Shown: positions 11,108-21,508 of the stretch, piece after piece
Numbering within the stretch: the stretch's first letter is position 1
Layout: every line of letters begins with the position of its first letter
NCBI GenBank assembly: GCA_965262915.1
Contig: OZ253564.1
Coordinates: forward strand, 2,400,001-2,464,000
Reading direction: 5' to 3'
DNA from: Candidatus Spongiisociaceae bacterium
GTDB lineage: Bacteria > Actinomycetota > Acidimicrobiia > Spongiisociales > Spongiisociaceae
DNA length: 64,000 nucleotides
The notes under the pieces: generated by a model
The model's input: only the letters and a program-made list of their open reading frames with translations
What the model was told of the DNA's origin: nothing
Database searches by the model: none
Position numbers and translations under genes: made by a program

Positions 11108-11887
11108 TCAGCCGATCGACGCCCCGGCGGCCTCCGAATCGAGCATCAGCGTCGTTCGGGGGTGGGTCTGGAGGATCGAGGCCGGAAGCATCCGGCGCCC
11201 CGGACCCGACACGGCGCCCCGGACCGCCGCCGCCTTGGGGGAACCCACCACTATCATCAGCAGATGGCCGGCCTGCAGGATCGTTCCGAGACCCTGGGTC
11301 ACGGCCTTCCGCGGTACGTTATCGGGGCGGTCGAAGAAGCGGGCGTTGTCGGCCCGCGTCTCCGAGGTGAGATGCACCACCCTGGTACGGGAGTCAAACC
11401 GTGCTCCGGGCTCGTTGAACGCGAGATGGCCGTTGCGTCCCACTCCGAGGATCTGGAGCTCGATCCGGGCCCGGCGGATCCGGCGGTCGTAGCGGGAGCA
11501 CTGCTCCTCGAGGTCGGGTGCGTTCGCGTCGGGCGAGTGCAGGTTGGCGGGGTCGATGTCCACCCGTCCGGTCAGCTCGGTACGGATGAGGTTGCGGTAC
11601 AACTGCGGATGGTCCGGATCGAGTCCTACGTACTCGTCGAGCAGGAAGGCGCGGACCGTGGCAAAGCTGAGGGATTCCTCCCGATGGCGGCGGACCAGTT
11701 CACTGTAGAGGGGCTGCACCGATGCACCGGTTGCCAGGCCCAGCACGGGTGTGGGAGTGGAACATACGAAGTCCTGGACGAGGTCGGCGGCGGCGACGGC
11801 CAACCTGTCGATGTTCTCGACGACCATCACCTTCACGTACGGGTCCAACCTTGGTGGGGGATTAAGGGACTGGGGGCGGCCGTCCAC
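11108..11887 (-). CDS. nagB: Glucosamine-6-phosphate deaminase (true start probably near 11830)
   Basis: LGLATG, LDEYVGL, QILGVGRNGHLAFNEPG, PASILQTH. Confidence 0.9.
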   Translation of the reverse strand: MDGRPQSLNPPPRLDPYVKVMVVENIDRLAVAAADLVQDFVCSTPTPVLGLATGASVQPLYSELVRRHREESLSFATVRAFLLDEYVGLDPDHPQLYRNLIRTELTGRVDIDPANLHSPDANAPDLEEQCSRYDRRIRRARIELQILGVGRNGHLAFNEPGARFDSRTRVVHLTSETRADNARFFDRPDNVPRKAVTQGLGTILQAGHLLMIVVGSPKAAAVRGAVSGPGRRMLPASILQTHPRTTLMLDSEAAGASIG

Positions 11888-11980
11888 GCCACATGCCTGC
11901 GACCAAGTTGTATCCCCGGCCGCTGAACCGCCCGGACCGGCCGCCGCCTGCCTGCGCCGGCTCGGGCTCGCCGGATGCTG

Positions 11981-12706
11981 TCATGCAGGTGACTCGGTGG
12001 TCCTGGCGCCGGTGATGAAGGCCACGAGATCGTCCTGGGTCACCTCGCTGACCTGAACCTCGGCGGTCTTGCGGCCCTGCCGCAGAACGACGGCGGTGTC
12101 GCACACCGCCGTGACTCTGTCCATGTTGTGGGTGATCAGCAGGACCGCCACGTTCGAGTCCCGCAGTGCCCTGATCAGGTCCAGAACCCTCCCCGCCTGT
12201 TCGACGCCCAGTGCCGCGGCCGGTTCGTCCAGGAGAACGATCCGCTGTCCCCCTGACAGCAGACCGACCGGCCTCCGCAGCGACGGGATGGCGATGTCGA
12301 GGCGCGCTAGGGTCGTCCGGCACTCGGCGTGCATCCGTTTCTTGTTGAGGAGCCCGAGTCGTGACCCGAACCGGCCGCCCCGGGTGTACTCCCGGTTCAG
12401 AAAGAGGTTCTCGACCACGTCCAGGGTGTCGATCAGCGACAGGTTCTGGTGCACGGCTTCCACGCCCAGCGTGCGGGCCACATGGGGCGAGGAGATCCGG
12501 TGGTCGGTGCCGTCGATGCTCATGGTTCCCGAGTCGGGCTGGTAGATGCCGGAGATGCACTTCACCAGGGTCGACTTGCCGGCCCCGTTGTCGCCCAGCA
12601 GCGCCGTCACCCGTCCCCGGTGCAGATCGAGGGAAACAGCGTCGAGGGCCTTCACCGCCCGGAATGCCTTGGACAGGTCGCGGATCTCCAGAGCGGGCGG
12701 GGTCAT
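11981..12706 (-). CDS. Sugar ABC transporter ATPase with an apparent internal deletion
   Basis: GDNGAGKST; LSGGQR is joined directly to IVLLDEP, so the usual ~14-aa helix between them is missing. Confidence 0.8.
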   Translation of the reverse strand: MTPPALEIRDLSKAFRAVKALDAVSLDLHRGRVTALLGDNGAGKSTLVKCISGIYQPDSGTMSIDGTDHRISSPHVARTLGVEAVHQNLSLIDTLDVVENLFLNREYTRGGRFGSRLGLLNKKRMHAECRTTLARLDIAIPSLRRPVGLLSGGQRIVLLDEPAAALGVEQAGRVLDLIRALRDSNVAVLLITHNMDRVTAVCDTAVVLRQGRKTAEVQVSEVTQDDLVAFITGARTTESPA

Positions 12707-13908
12707 CGGTGCTCCTCCCCCACCGGGTCGCCCAGCACATTCCAGATGCCTGTCACGGCAGGATCGCCCGTTCCGGCACCCGTCACTCCCACGACATATG
12801 CACGGGTCACGAAGGCCTGGACACGGAACCCGCAGACGACCGTATCGCCCTCCTCGACGGTGCGGGATGCCGGGGGATGCAGCCGGGCGTAGTAGTCGAT
12901 ACCGGCCGGATCGGGCATGTCGAGCGGGATCGGGTCCGTGGACGCATCCTCCGGGGCGGCTGCCACCAGCGCCCGCGTGTCATAGGGATCGAAGACCGGA
13001 TCCACGTAGAACCCTCCACCGAAGCAGAGAGGAACGCCCTGATGAACGTGAGCGACCTCGGTCAGGTACAGGACGGCGGGCTGCTCGGGCAGGTCCTCCA
13101 CGGCGTGCAGGGGGGTCGAACCGGTGAGACCATGGCCGGGTTCCACCTGGGTGGCGCCGATGTCCGCCAGCATATCGAGGACCGCGGTGGAGGTCGTACC
13201 GGGGGCGTTGACCTCGATAGGGGTGTCGGTTCCGAGCGTGGCGGCAGCCACCTCCACGCCCCTGGCCAGGGTCTCGACGTTGGGGGTGGGAGCCACCTGC
13301 TTGGAATCCTTGTCGTACAGCAGGGCGGGGAACGTGGTGAGGCCGGCAAAGCTCAGCCCATCCAGACCGTTGACGAACTCGATGGCAGCGGGGAGTTCGT
13401 CAACCCTGAACCCCCCTTCGTGTCCCGGGTAGAACACGTCGCCGTCGTTCCATATCCGGAGGAGCACCTTCTGGGTGCGTCCGAGGCGAGCGGCCGCCCG
13501 TGACGCCTGCGATGCCTTGGTGGCGGAGAAGATGGTCCAGTACTCGGGGGCGAGACCGGCGGCTTCCGGCGCCTCCGCTCGTGGTACCTGGACCAGATGC
13601 CCGAGGTTGCCCAGAGCGTGCCCGCCGGCCACGATCGGTCGGGCACAGGCCATGTCGACCGCCACGTACCCGTCGGCGCCGCCGCGGGTTATCGCATCCA
13701 GCGCACCCCCGGCACGCCCCAGTTGCTTGCTCATCGCGTACACGGTCAGCCCGCGGCGATGCGCCTCATGGGAGAAGTGGCGCGTGTTGTGCTCGAGCGC
13801 ATCGAGATCCAGTACGTAACTGTTGACGGGGATCATCCCTGCCTGATGGAGTTGGATGGCAGATTCCACGAAAGGCCGGTTGCGGGTCAGAAGTGCTCCA
13901 AGGAACAT
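12703..13908 (-). CDS. YhfX-like PLP-dependent alanine-racemase-fold protein
   Basis: YAMSKQLGR (PLP Lys), HLVQVP, FYPGHEGG, TTFPALL, NAPGTTS, EPGHGLTG, CFGGGFY. Confidence 0.85.
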   Translation of the reverse strand: MFLGALLTRNRPFVESAIQLHQAGMIPVNSYVLDLDALEHNTRHFSHEAHRRGLTVYAMSKQLGRAGGALDAITRGGADGYVAVDMACARPIVAGGHALGNLGHLVQVPRAEAPEAAGLAPEYWTIFSATKASQASRAAARLGRTQKVLLRIWNDGDVFYPGHEGGFRVDELPAAIEFVNGLDGLSFAGLTTFPALLYDKDSKQVAPTPNVETLARGVEVAAATLGTDTPIEVNAPGTTSTAVLDMLADIGATQVEPGHGLTGSTPLHAVEDLPEQPAVLYLTEVAHVHQGVPLCFGGGFYVDPVFDPYDTRALVAAAPEDASTDPIPLDMPDPAGIDYYARLHPPASRTVEEGDTVVCGFRVQAFVTRAYVVGVTGAGTGDPAVTGIWNVLGDPVGEEHR

Positions 13909-13914
13909 GGTCGC

Positions 13915-14913
13915 TCAACTTTCGGTAGGTGCTCGCATGCTGAGCGCCACCGCCAGGACGATGATCACGCCGCGGGCTATCAACTGGTCCGCCACCTCCA
14001 GTCCCATCAGGATCAGCCCGTTGTTGAGCATCGCCATGATGACCGCTCCGGTCACCGCGCCGGCGATCGAGGCGCGTCCTCCGAACAGGCTGGTGCCACC
14101 GATCACGACGGCCGCGATGACGGTCAGCAGATCGTTCTCGCCAAGATCGTGGCGACCGATGGCCAGCCGTCCGGCCAGAAGGATCCCGGCGAAGGCGGCG
14201 GTGGTGGCGCTCACCACCAAGGCGCCGGCTCTTATCCGGTCGGTGTTGAGACCGGCGGCCTTGGCCGATTCCCTGTTCGCGCCCGTCGCGATGACATGGC
14301 GTCCCCAGCGCAGGTGGTGAAGCACGAAGTGTCCCAGGGCACACACGATGATCGTCCAGATCACCAGGGATGAGACCGGGCCCAGTGACCCGGCGCCGAA
14401 GAGAGCCGAGAACGTGTCGTTGCGGATCGGCATCGACTGGAGGTTGTTCATGTTGCGGGCCACTCCGCTGATGATCCCGAGCGTGCCCAGGGTGACCAGG
14501 AACGAGGGGATCCGTATCTTCACGGTGATGAGGCCGTTGACCAGCCCGATCAGGACACCGGTGGCCACCGCGGCGAGGGCGCCGAGCAGGAACCCGTGAT
14601 CGGCGACGACCGCCGCCGCCACCAGCGACGAGAGGGCCACGGTGGATCCGACGGACAGGTCGATCTCCGCCGATGCCAGAGCGAAGGCCATCCCTACGGC
14701 CATCACCGCGATGGGCGCCGCCTGCCGACCGATGTTCAAGATGTTCGAGCCGCTGAGAAACCCGTCGTCCCAGAGGAACAGGGCGAAGACGGCGAGGATC
14801 GAGACGAAGGCCACGTAGACGACGTATTGCCGGAACCCGGCCTCGTCGCCCTGCCGTGCCCGCAGCCGTATCGATCGGGTTACGGCTCGTACCGGTTTAC
14901 GGACCGCCTTCAC
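13915..14913 (-). CDS. Sugar ABC transporter permease (RbsC-like)
   Basis: IDLSVGS, IPSFLVTLG, IAAVVIGGTSLFGG. Confidence 0.93.
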   Translation of the reverse strand: MKAVRKPVRAVTRSIRLRARQGDEAGFRQYVVYVAFVSILAVFALFLWDDGFLSGSNILNIGRQAAPIAVMAVGMAFALASAEIDLSVGSTVALSSLVAAAVVADHGFLLGALAAVATGVLIGLVNGLITVKIRIPSFLVTLGTLGIISGVARNMNNLQSMPIRNDTFSALFGAGSLGPVSSLVIWTIIVCALGHFVLHHLRWGRHVIATGANRESAKAAGLNTDRIRAGALVVSATTAAFAGILLAGRLAIGRHDLGENDLLTVIAAVVIGGTSLFGGRASIAGAVTGAVIMAMLNNGLILMGLEVADQLIARGVIIVLAVALSMRAPTES

Positions 14914-14950
14914 TTCCGACAGTTCCTTCGGGCGCTCGGGTTCTCACAGC

Positions 14951-16126
14951 TTATCCGCCGAGGGCTTGCATGACTTCGGTTGGTGGGTCGGTTGCGAGGG
15001 ATTGGCGGTAGGCGTCGATGATGTTGTCGGCGGTGACTCCGATGGCGGGGACGACGACGAAGGGTGGGGCTGGTTTGCCGACCAGTCCGTAGGCTCCTTC
15101 GAGGGCCATGGTGCGGCCCAGCGCGTAGGCTTCGTCGGCGGCGATCCCCACGATGTTGCCTCCTTCGACCAGATCGAGGGAGACGTTGGTGTCGAGGTCG
15201 AGGGTTACCACGGCTACGTCGGAGGCGCCGGCTGCTCGCAGAGCGGCGAGGACTCCGTCGGCGGGCCCAGCCGACCAGGGGGCGTAGATGCCGTTGAGGT
15301 CGGGGTTGCGGGTCAGCAGCGACGCGGCGATCTGCTCGGCGGCGGCGGGGTCGGCGAGGCCTTGTTCGTCGACGATCTCGATGCCGGGATACGCGGCCTC
15401 GATCCAGGCTTTGAACGCCTGGTCCCTCTGGTTGGTGACGTAGTAGGCGGCGTCGTGGAAGATGAAACCTACCTTGCCCTGGCCTCCCAGCGCGTCGGCC
15501 AGCAGGTCGGCGGCTGCCACTCCCATGGCTGCGAGGTCGTCGGTGACCACCCCGACGTAGTCGGTTCCGTGGACGTATCCCTCGGGCACGTTGCTGAGGA
15601 ACACCAGCTGGACGCCTGCCTCGACGGCGGGACGGAACGCTTCGGCGCCCGATACCGGGTCGAGGACCAGACTGATGATTATGTCGGGGTTCTGGGCCAT
15701 TACGGTTTCGACGTCGTTGGCTTGCTGGGCCGCGTCGAACTGGGCGTTGGTCTCGGCGATTACCTCGATGCCCAACTCGGCGAAGGCGTCCTTGGCGCCC
15801 TGGCTCACCGCGTCGGTGAAGGCTCCGGCGGTGTGCCACAGCAGGGCGGCTGTGTAACCACCCGCCTTCACCTGGGATATCTCGTCACTGGTGAGGCTGA
15901 TCTCGCTCGACGGCGTCGCCGGCTCACCTCCCGGCCCCTGAGTAACCGGCATCACCGGAGCCGACGGCGCTGCCGTGGTCGCCGGGGCCTGGGTAGTGGT
16001 GGCTGCCCGGGTGGTGGTGGTTTCCTCGGCGACCTCCTCGCCGCCACAGGCTACGGCCAGCAGGCCGAACATCGCCATCATGGCCATGAATACCAGCCGC
16101 TTCGGTGTCCTTGCTCTTGTCTTCAT
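14951..16126 (-). CDS. Sugar ABC substrate-binding lipoprotein
   Basis: RBS AGAGGAGG, then MKTRART...LLAVACG lipobox, Thr-rich linker and periplasmic-binding-protein fold. Confidence 0.9.
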   Translation of the reverse strand: MKTRARTPKRLVFMAMMAMFGLLAVACGGEEVAEETTTTRAATTTQAPATTAAPSAPVMPVTQGPGGEPATPSSEISLTSDEISQVKAGGYTAALLWHTAGAFTDAVSQGAKDAFAELGIEVIAETNAQFDAAQQANDVETVMAQNPDIIISLVLDPVSGAEAFRPAVEAGVQLVFLSNVPEGYVHGTDYVGVVTDDLAAMGVAAADLLADALGGQGKVGFIFHDAAYYVTNQRDQAFKAWIEAAYPGIEIVDEQGLADPAAAEQIAASLLTRNPDLNGIYAPWSAGPADGVLAALRAAGASDVAVVTLDLDTNVSLDLVEGGNIVGIAADEAYALGRTMALEGAYGLVGKPAPPFVVVPAIGVTADNIIDAYRQSLATDPPTEVMQALGG

Positions 16127-16140
16127 GATTCCTCCTCTGG

Positions 16141-17395
16141 TCACCCTTTCCCGGTTTTCTCCACTCCGCACCACGACGCCACGAAGTGCGCCAGGGTGCG
16201 GGTCGCGGAGGTCAACTCCTGGATCGGGAGCCGTTCGAACGGGGTGTGACAGGTCGCTATGTCTCCGGGGGCGAAGTAGACGCCGGGAATCCCCGCCGCC
16301 CCCAGGAGTGGTTTCTCGGACCAGTAGGGGGCGCCCTCGATCCGGGCCGGCCTCCCCGTGGTCCGTTCTATCGAGTTCATCAGTGCGGAGACGCCCGGAT
16401 GGTCCGGCGGAACCTCGTCCGGCATCCCCCCACGGCGTGATCCCTGGGTGCTGAGAAGACCACCTCGGCGGAGACTCCGTGGTCTTCGGACACCCTTGCC
16501 GCGATCGTGCGCAACGCGGCGGCTTGGTAGTCGAGGTCGTCGCCGGGCAGAAGTTTCTGGATGAGCGACAGTCGGAACTCGCCGGGAACCGCGATGTTGC
16601 CCCCGCCTCGACCGAGGTGACCAGCAGGAAGCGTCTGCCCAGGAGATCGTGGGGCGGGCCCTCCTGCAGCCTCGCGTTGTGATCCCAGAGTTCGCCGAGC
16701 AGGGAGTGACCCGCCCGCAGCGCGTCAACTCCGAGTTCGGGTGTCCCGAAGTAGGCCGAGCGGCCGGCCAGCGTGATGTCGGCGATCAGGAACCCCATCT
16801 GGGCGGTGTAGATGGCCCCGGTGGTCGGCACGGTGTAGATCGCGAACTCGGGAACCGGCCCGGGGCTGTCGAACAGGTGCGAGACAGCGGCGCGCATGCC
16901 TACGGAGAGGCCGCTGCCGGGCTGCCCGGACTCCTCGTCGCACACGAGTACCCCCGTGAGCGGGCCGGCCAGGCGGTAGCCCGTCCGGTCGACCGCCCTG
17001 ACCGCCTCGATGATCGAACAGACCCCCGCCTTCTGGTCGGTGGCTCCCCGGGCCCATATCTCGCCGTCGACGATGTGTCCGGCGAAGGGGTCGGCCCGGT
17101 CGGTCCCGGACCACTCGCGGTCCCAGTCATCGGCGTGCACGGTGTCCAGATGCCCGGCCAGCACCAGGGACCGTCCTCCGGCTCCTCCCGTCCCGGCGTA
17201 GACGTTGGGCCGTCCGGGTTCCGCTTCGACCAGGCGGACCCGGTTCTAGGCTCCCTCCTCGAGCTGCGTCCTGGCCCATTCGGCGAAAGCCATCTCGCCG
17301 GGCGTGACGCTGGGGATCCGCACTGCTTCCAGCACCAGCCCGACCAGTGCCTCCTGGTCGACGACGGCGGCAACCTCGTCGGGGGGCGAACTCAT
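16141..17395 (-). pseudogene. M20 (ArgE/DapE-like) deacylase pseudogene
   Basis: GHLDTV, GATDQK, DEE and PGD...H motifs. In-frame TAG at 17246-17248, single-base losses in C-runs near 16602 and 16428, and EPT metal ligand read as VPT. Confidence 0.85.
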
Positions 17396-18597
17396 GATCT
17401 GTCCGCCCGGCCCAGGCGGCCGCGCACGAAGGTGGTCCTTACCGAGGCGCGAGCGGCGGAGACCGCGCCCAGGAAGGCGGCCCGGTTGCCCAGCGCCGAG
17501 GGGACCACTTCCGGCGTTTCGTCCAGGTGGCGATCCAGCTTGGAGCGGACCGCGTCGACGAAGATGGGATTGGAACCCACCCCACCCCCGAAGACGACCC
17601 GGGCCGGATCGGTGATCCAGCACAGGGAGGCCACCGCCGCTGCCATCGCCTCGGCGGCGATGCCGAGAGCCTTGGACGCGGCATCGTCCCCGAGAGACGC
17701 CGCGAGGAGGAGCTCCGAGACCTCGGCATCGCGCTCGAGACGGGATGGGCGCCCGGCGTCCAGCGACTGCCTGAAACGCTTGCGGATAGCCGGTGCGGAG
17801 GCGACGTCCTCGAGCGTGAGGCGCGGTCGCTCCTGGTGGGCGGCTCCCGAGATGTGGACCGATCCGAGCTCTCCGGCGGCTCCATGGCCTCCCCGGTAGA
17901 GTCTCCCGTCCATGACCAGGCCGGCGCCGATTCCCGTGCCGACCGAGATAGCTACGAAGTCGAGCCCGCCCCGGTCGTCCATCTCCTCCGCTTCCGCCAC
18001 GGCGGCCAGGTTGACGTCGTTCTCGATGGTGACCGGTACGCCGAGCCGCTGGGTCAGCTCCGTCCGGATAGGCAGGTCGGCAAACACGGGCAGGTTGGGC
18101 GACATCTCGACCCGATCCGATGCGGGCCGGTAGACGCCGGGCACACCCACGCAGCCGGATTCCAGGAGGTGCCCCCTCTCCCCCAGGTCCCCGAGCAGGC
18201 GGGTGGTGGTTTCCACTACGGCTTCCACCGCGGCCCGGGCATCGGAAGCGGTCCCGATACGGTCCTCCGCCAGGACCCGTCCGAGCAGATCGGCGATACC
18301 CACGATGATCTTGGTGGCGCCCATGTCCACGCCCACCACCAGCGCGGCATCCGGAACCAGCGCGTACGGCGTGGCGGGCCGCCCGATCCGACCTTGCGAA
18401 CGTTCCTGCGGGTTGACGCTTACCACGCCGGCGTGCTCGAGGTCGGAGACCAGCGCGGACACGGTCGGCTTCGACAGCCCGGTCCGGCGGGCCAGCGTGG
18501 CGCGTGAGATCGGGAAAGGGGCAGCTTCCATGAACTCGTCGAAGACCGCCTGGCCGTTGCGGAGGCGAAGCGCCCAGGGCCCGGATCCGTCGATCAC
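17392..18597 (-). CDS. ROK family transcriptional repressor
   Basis: HTH SRATLARRTGLSKPTVS, GRP motif, ENDVNLAAVAE, GTGIGAG, GAAGELG. Confidence 0.92.
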   Translation of the reverse strand: MIDGSGPWALRLRNGQAVFDEFMEAAPFPISRATLARRTGLSKPTVSALVSDLEHAGVVSVNPQERSQGRIGRPATPYALVPDAALVVGVDMGATKIIVGIADLLGRVLAEDRIGTASDARAAVEAVVETTTRLLGDLGERGHLLESGCVGVPGVYRPASDRVEMSPNLPVFADLPIRTELTQRLGVPVTIENDVNLAAVAEAEEMDDRGGLDFVAISVGTGIGAGLVMDGRLYRGGHGAAGELGSVHISGAAHQERPRLTLEDVASAPAIRKRFRQSLDAGRPSRLERDAEVSELLLAASLGDDAASKALGIAAEAMAAAVASLCWITDPARVVFGGGVGSNPIFVDAVRSKLDRHLDETPEVVPSALGNRAAFLGAVSAARASVRTTFVRGRLGRADRS

Positions 18598-18778
18598 TTG
18601 TCGAGGGGCTCCGGGTGACGGTGCTGGGCGTCATGCCATGCAGGAGTCCGTATGCCCCGGCCGGCCCGCCGGCACCGGGAGATATGGGTGTCAGACGTCA
18701 TTCGCATCCTCGTGATCCATCAGAAGCGCGGCCGCGTTGTTCGAGCACGGGGCTGGCGCTTGCCGATTCCCGAGGCGT

Positions 18779-18821
18779 ATTCTCACCCCATGTGAGTTAG
18801 TTTGTCAAGTTGCCTTACTAA
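18779..18821 (-). promoter_or_regulatory. Promoter with overlapping ROK operator
   Basis: TTGACA (18803-18808, minus strand) and GAGAAT 18 nt downstream; 25-bp imperfect palindrome TTAGTTTGTCAAGTTGCCTTACTAA (18797-18821). Confidence 0.65.
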
Positions 18822-19049
18822 TCGAACCCGGATCGCATCGCTGAGGACGCGACAGCGGGTTGGAGAGCGCGGACAGGGTGTCTCGGTAGCGGACCGAGCG
18901 GTACGTGGGCGGTGTACGACGCCGAGACCGCCCTAGCCAAACTCGAGGATGCGGGACCCGGGTAGCGTTCGTCTTCTCATAGCCGGCGGACGTGGACCGG
19001 AGGCCCCCCGGCGATCAGGTCGTGTGACGGTGACCGCGTGCCACGGCAA

Positions 19050-19505
19050 CTACAGGTTCCGATAGTACGTGAAGTTCACTGCTGCGCTCTTCTCCATCGC
19101 CGCCGCGTACAATTCCAGATCTACAGTCAGCAATGGAGTTTCCGGTCCGACAGCCTCGAGCAGCGCCGCGTCACCGAGTCCGAGCCGTACGAACCGGTCA
19201 TTGCGGGAGGCTTGGACACTGGCAATGACAACCTCCCTGCTATCAGAAATAAGTGATCCAAGGCCGCGTATGAATGCGGAACGCTCCGGGTCCCGGTGTT
19301 GCGCGAGAAGATTAGATGTTTCCGTCAGCGTATTTGGTGTCACGAATACACACTTCACGCTCTCCAACATCTCATAGAGTATAGTGTAGTCCTCTTCGGA
19401 GAACTCTTGCAGGCGGCGGTGCTTACGTATTAGGAACTTATTCACACTGCCTACGACGAACAACGTGAGCAGGTTAGCATCTATGAAGTACCCTACTGGA
19501 GGCAC
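19050..19505 (-). CDS. PIN-domain protein
   Basis: FIDANLL...TPNTLTETSNL...LGLGDAALL...LLTVDLELY; lower GC. Confidence 0.85.
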   Translation of the reverse strand: MPPVGYFIDANLLTLFVVGSVNKFLIRKHRRLQEFSEEDYTILYEMLESVKCVFVTPNTLTETSNLLAQHRDPERSAFIRGLGSLISDSREVVIASVQASRNDRFVRLGLGDAALLEAVGPETPLLTVDLELYAAAMEKSAAVNFTYYRNL

Positions 19506-19510
19506 TACGT

Positions 19511-19789
19511 CTAACTTGTAGGCGTGGGTAGAACGCGGTCGGTCAGCGATATAACCTTACCTAGTTGATCAATAGTTACAACTTTGTATGTTCGTTTCTT
19601 AGCAGCTTCGAACATAGTTAGTACAGGCCTAGCCTGCTCCCATTCCCTCGAGAAACCAATTGTTATTAACCAGTTTTGGGACACGATATCGAACTTGACT
19701 TCTTCAAGGCCTATGTCCCATATCTTTTCGTCATCGAAGAGATAGATGACATGTTGTTTCGCCGCCTTTACGGCTTCCTTGATGTCCAT
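19511..19789 (-). CDS. Small acidic partner of the PIN protein
   Basis: RBS GGAGG before MDIKEAVKAAK...GLEEV...WLITIGFSR; TACAAT -10 box at 19825-19830. Confidence 0.7.
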   Translation of the reverse strand: MDIKEAVKAAKQHVIYLFDDEKIWDIGLEEVKFDIVSQNWLITIGFSREWEQARPVLTMFEAAKKRTYKVVTIDQLGKVISLTDRVLPTPTS

Positions 19790-19906
19790 TCTCCCTCCAT
19801 AGTGTTCGGGCGTCCCACCTACCAATTGTACATCCTCGGACCATCGTGGGGAAGATGGGCAACATCGCAGCTCGGATCCGTCTGTGGAGCCGAGCGCTCT
19901 TGACGC

Positions 19907-21505
19907 TTAGGTCGGTAGGGAGAGGGACTGTGCAACCTCTCGGAGTTCTCGGGCGTGGCGGTAGCCGCGGTCGGAGTCTGGCAGGCCGGACAGCATCCGG
20001 GACAGTTCCCGGAGTCGTTCCTCCTCGTCGAGGGTCCGGGCGGTGGCTTTGGGTCCGTCCCGCTCGACGACGATATGGGTCTCGGCGTAGGCGGCCACCT
20101 GCGGGAGGTGGCTCACGCACAACGCTTGGCGGTCCGCGGCGAGACGTGCCAGCTTCGCCCCCATCGCCAGAGCGGTGGCGCCGCCCACACCGGCGTCGAT
20201 CTCGTCGAAGGCCACCAAGCGGGCGTCGCCCGACCCCGACGCGAGGCGGAGGGAGAGTACCAGGCGGCTCAATTCCCCCCCGGATGCGACCTTCGCGACC
20301 GGTCCCACCGGCAGCCGGGAGTCGGAGGAGAACAGCAGGTCCAGGGTGTCGGCGCCGGTGGCCCGGGGCGGTGCCTCCCCGACCTCGATACGGATCACAG
20401 GGTCGCCGAAGCCGAGCTCGCGCAGGTGGGCGGTGGCCTCCCCGACTATCCGAGTTGCGGCCTCCTGCCGGGCGGTGCGCAGGGTGCTTCCCGACGCCTC
20501 CAAGTGCCGGGAAGCGGTTGCGCGGTCGGCGTCGATCGTGGCCGCTCGTTCGAGTAGGCCTTCCACTTCGGCGTGCCGACCGCGTGCGTTGTCCCGGAAA
20601 GTCAGGATCTCCGCGATCCCTGCTCCGTACTTGCGGCGTAGGTCCCCCAGCAGGGCGAGGCGTTCGTTGACCGATGCGAGGGCTCGGGGATCGGCATCTA
20701 TGTCCTCCCACGCCTCACGGGTGACGGTCATGGCCTCGGTGATCGTGGCGTCGAGACCCTCCAGCATCTCCAGCAGGCCGTCCTGGGAGGGATCGAGGTC
20801 GTATACCCGCCGGACCGCTCCGACCGCGGGTCCGACCCGGTCCCGCGCCGCGGCCAGATCCCGACGTGTTCCGGCCAGCAACTCCCGTATTTCCTCGGCG
20901 TTCCCGAGGCGGTTGGCGAGCTGTTCGAGCTCCTCGTCCTCTCCGATCCGGAATCCGGCCTGCTCTATCTCACGTATCTGGTAGGTCAGAAGGTCCATCT
21001 CGCGTTCCAGGGCCCGAAGGTCGCCTCCGAGGCTCGCCGCGGCCGATTCCAGTTCCCTGGCCCGGTTCCAAGCCGAGCGGTAGGCCACCAGGTGGTCGGG
21101 TGACTCGAGTCGGAGATCTATCAGGTTCCGGAGCGATCTGGGGCGGGTCAGCGACAGCGGATCGTGCTGTCCCACGATCTCTACGGATCCCTCCAGGCGC
21201 TCGGAGAGGACCCGGGCCGGGACCATCCCTCCGTTGATGTACGACCGGCTCCCGCGGCCATGGATCCGCCGGGAGACGATCAGCTCCTTGCCATCCACCA
21301 GGAACCTCCCCTCGACGGTCGCCTCGGTTCCGTGCGGTCCGATGAGGCCCGAGCGGGCCGGCGCCCCCATCAGCAGCCTGAGGGCGCCCAGGAGGAGTGT
21401 CTTGCCGGCGCCGGTCTCGCCGCTCACCACCACCATGCCGGGACCCGGTTCGATCCGGGCCGACGCGATGATGCCGAGGTTGGTCACCGACAGCTCGTCA
21501 AGCAT
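19907..21505 (-). CDS. recN: DNA repair protein RecN
   Basis: GETGAGKT, ASGGELSR, FDEIDAGVGG, SHLPQVAA. Confidence 0.96.
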   Translation of the reverse strand: MLDELSVTNLGIIASARIEPGPGMVVVSGETGAGKTLLLGALRLLMGAPARSGLIGPHGTEATVEGRFLVDGKELIVSRRIHGRGSRSYINGGMVPARVLSERLEGSVEIVGQHDPLSLTRPRSLRNLIDLRLESPDHLVAYRSAWNRARELESAAASLGGDLRALEREMDLLTYQIREIEQAGFRIGEDEELEQLANRLGNAEEIRELLAGTRRDLAAARDRVGPAVGAVRRVYDLDPSQDGLLEMLEGLDATITEAMTVTREAWEDIDADPRALASVNERLALLGDLRRKYGAGIAEILTFRDNARGRHAEVEGLLERAATIDADRATASRHLEASGSTLRTARQEAATRIVGEATAHLRELGFGDPVIRIEVGEAPPRATGADTLDLLFSSDSRLPVGPVAKVASGGELSRLVLSLRLASGSGDARLVAFDEIDAGVGGATALAMGAKLARLAADRQALCVSHLPQVAAYAETHIVVERDGPKATARTLDEEERLRELSRMLSGLPDSDRGYRHARELREVAQSLSLPT

Positions 21506-21508
21506 CGG

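Noticed and set aside
14951-17164. 737-aa apparent M20 peptidase / sugar-binding protein fusion
   Set aside because: Produced by a frameshift in the M20 pseudogene; the binding protein has its own RBS, start (16126) and lipobox.
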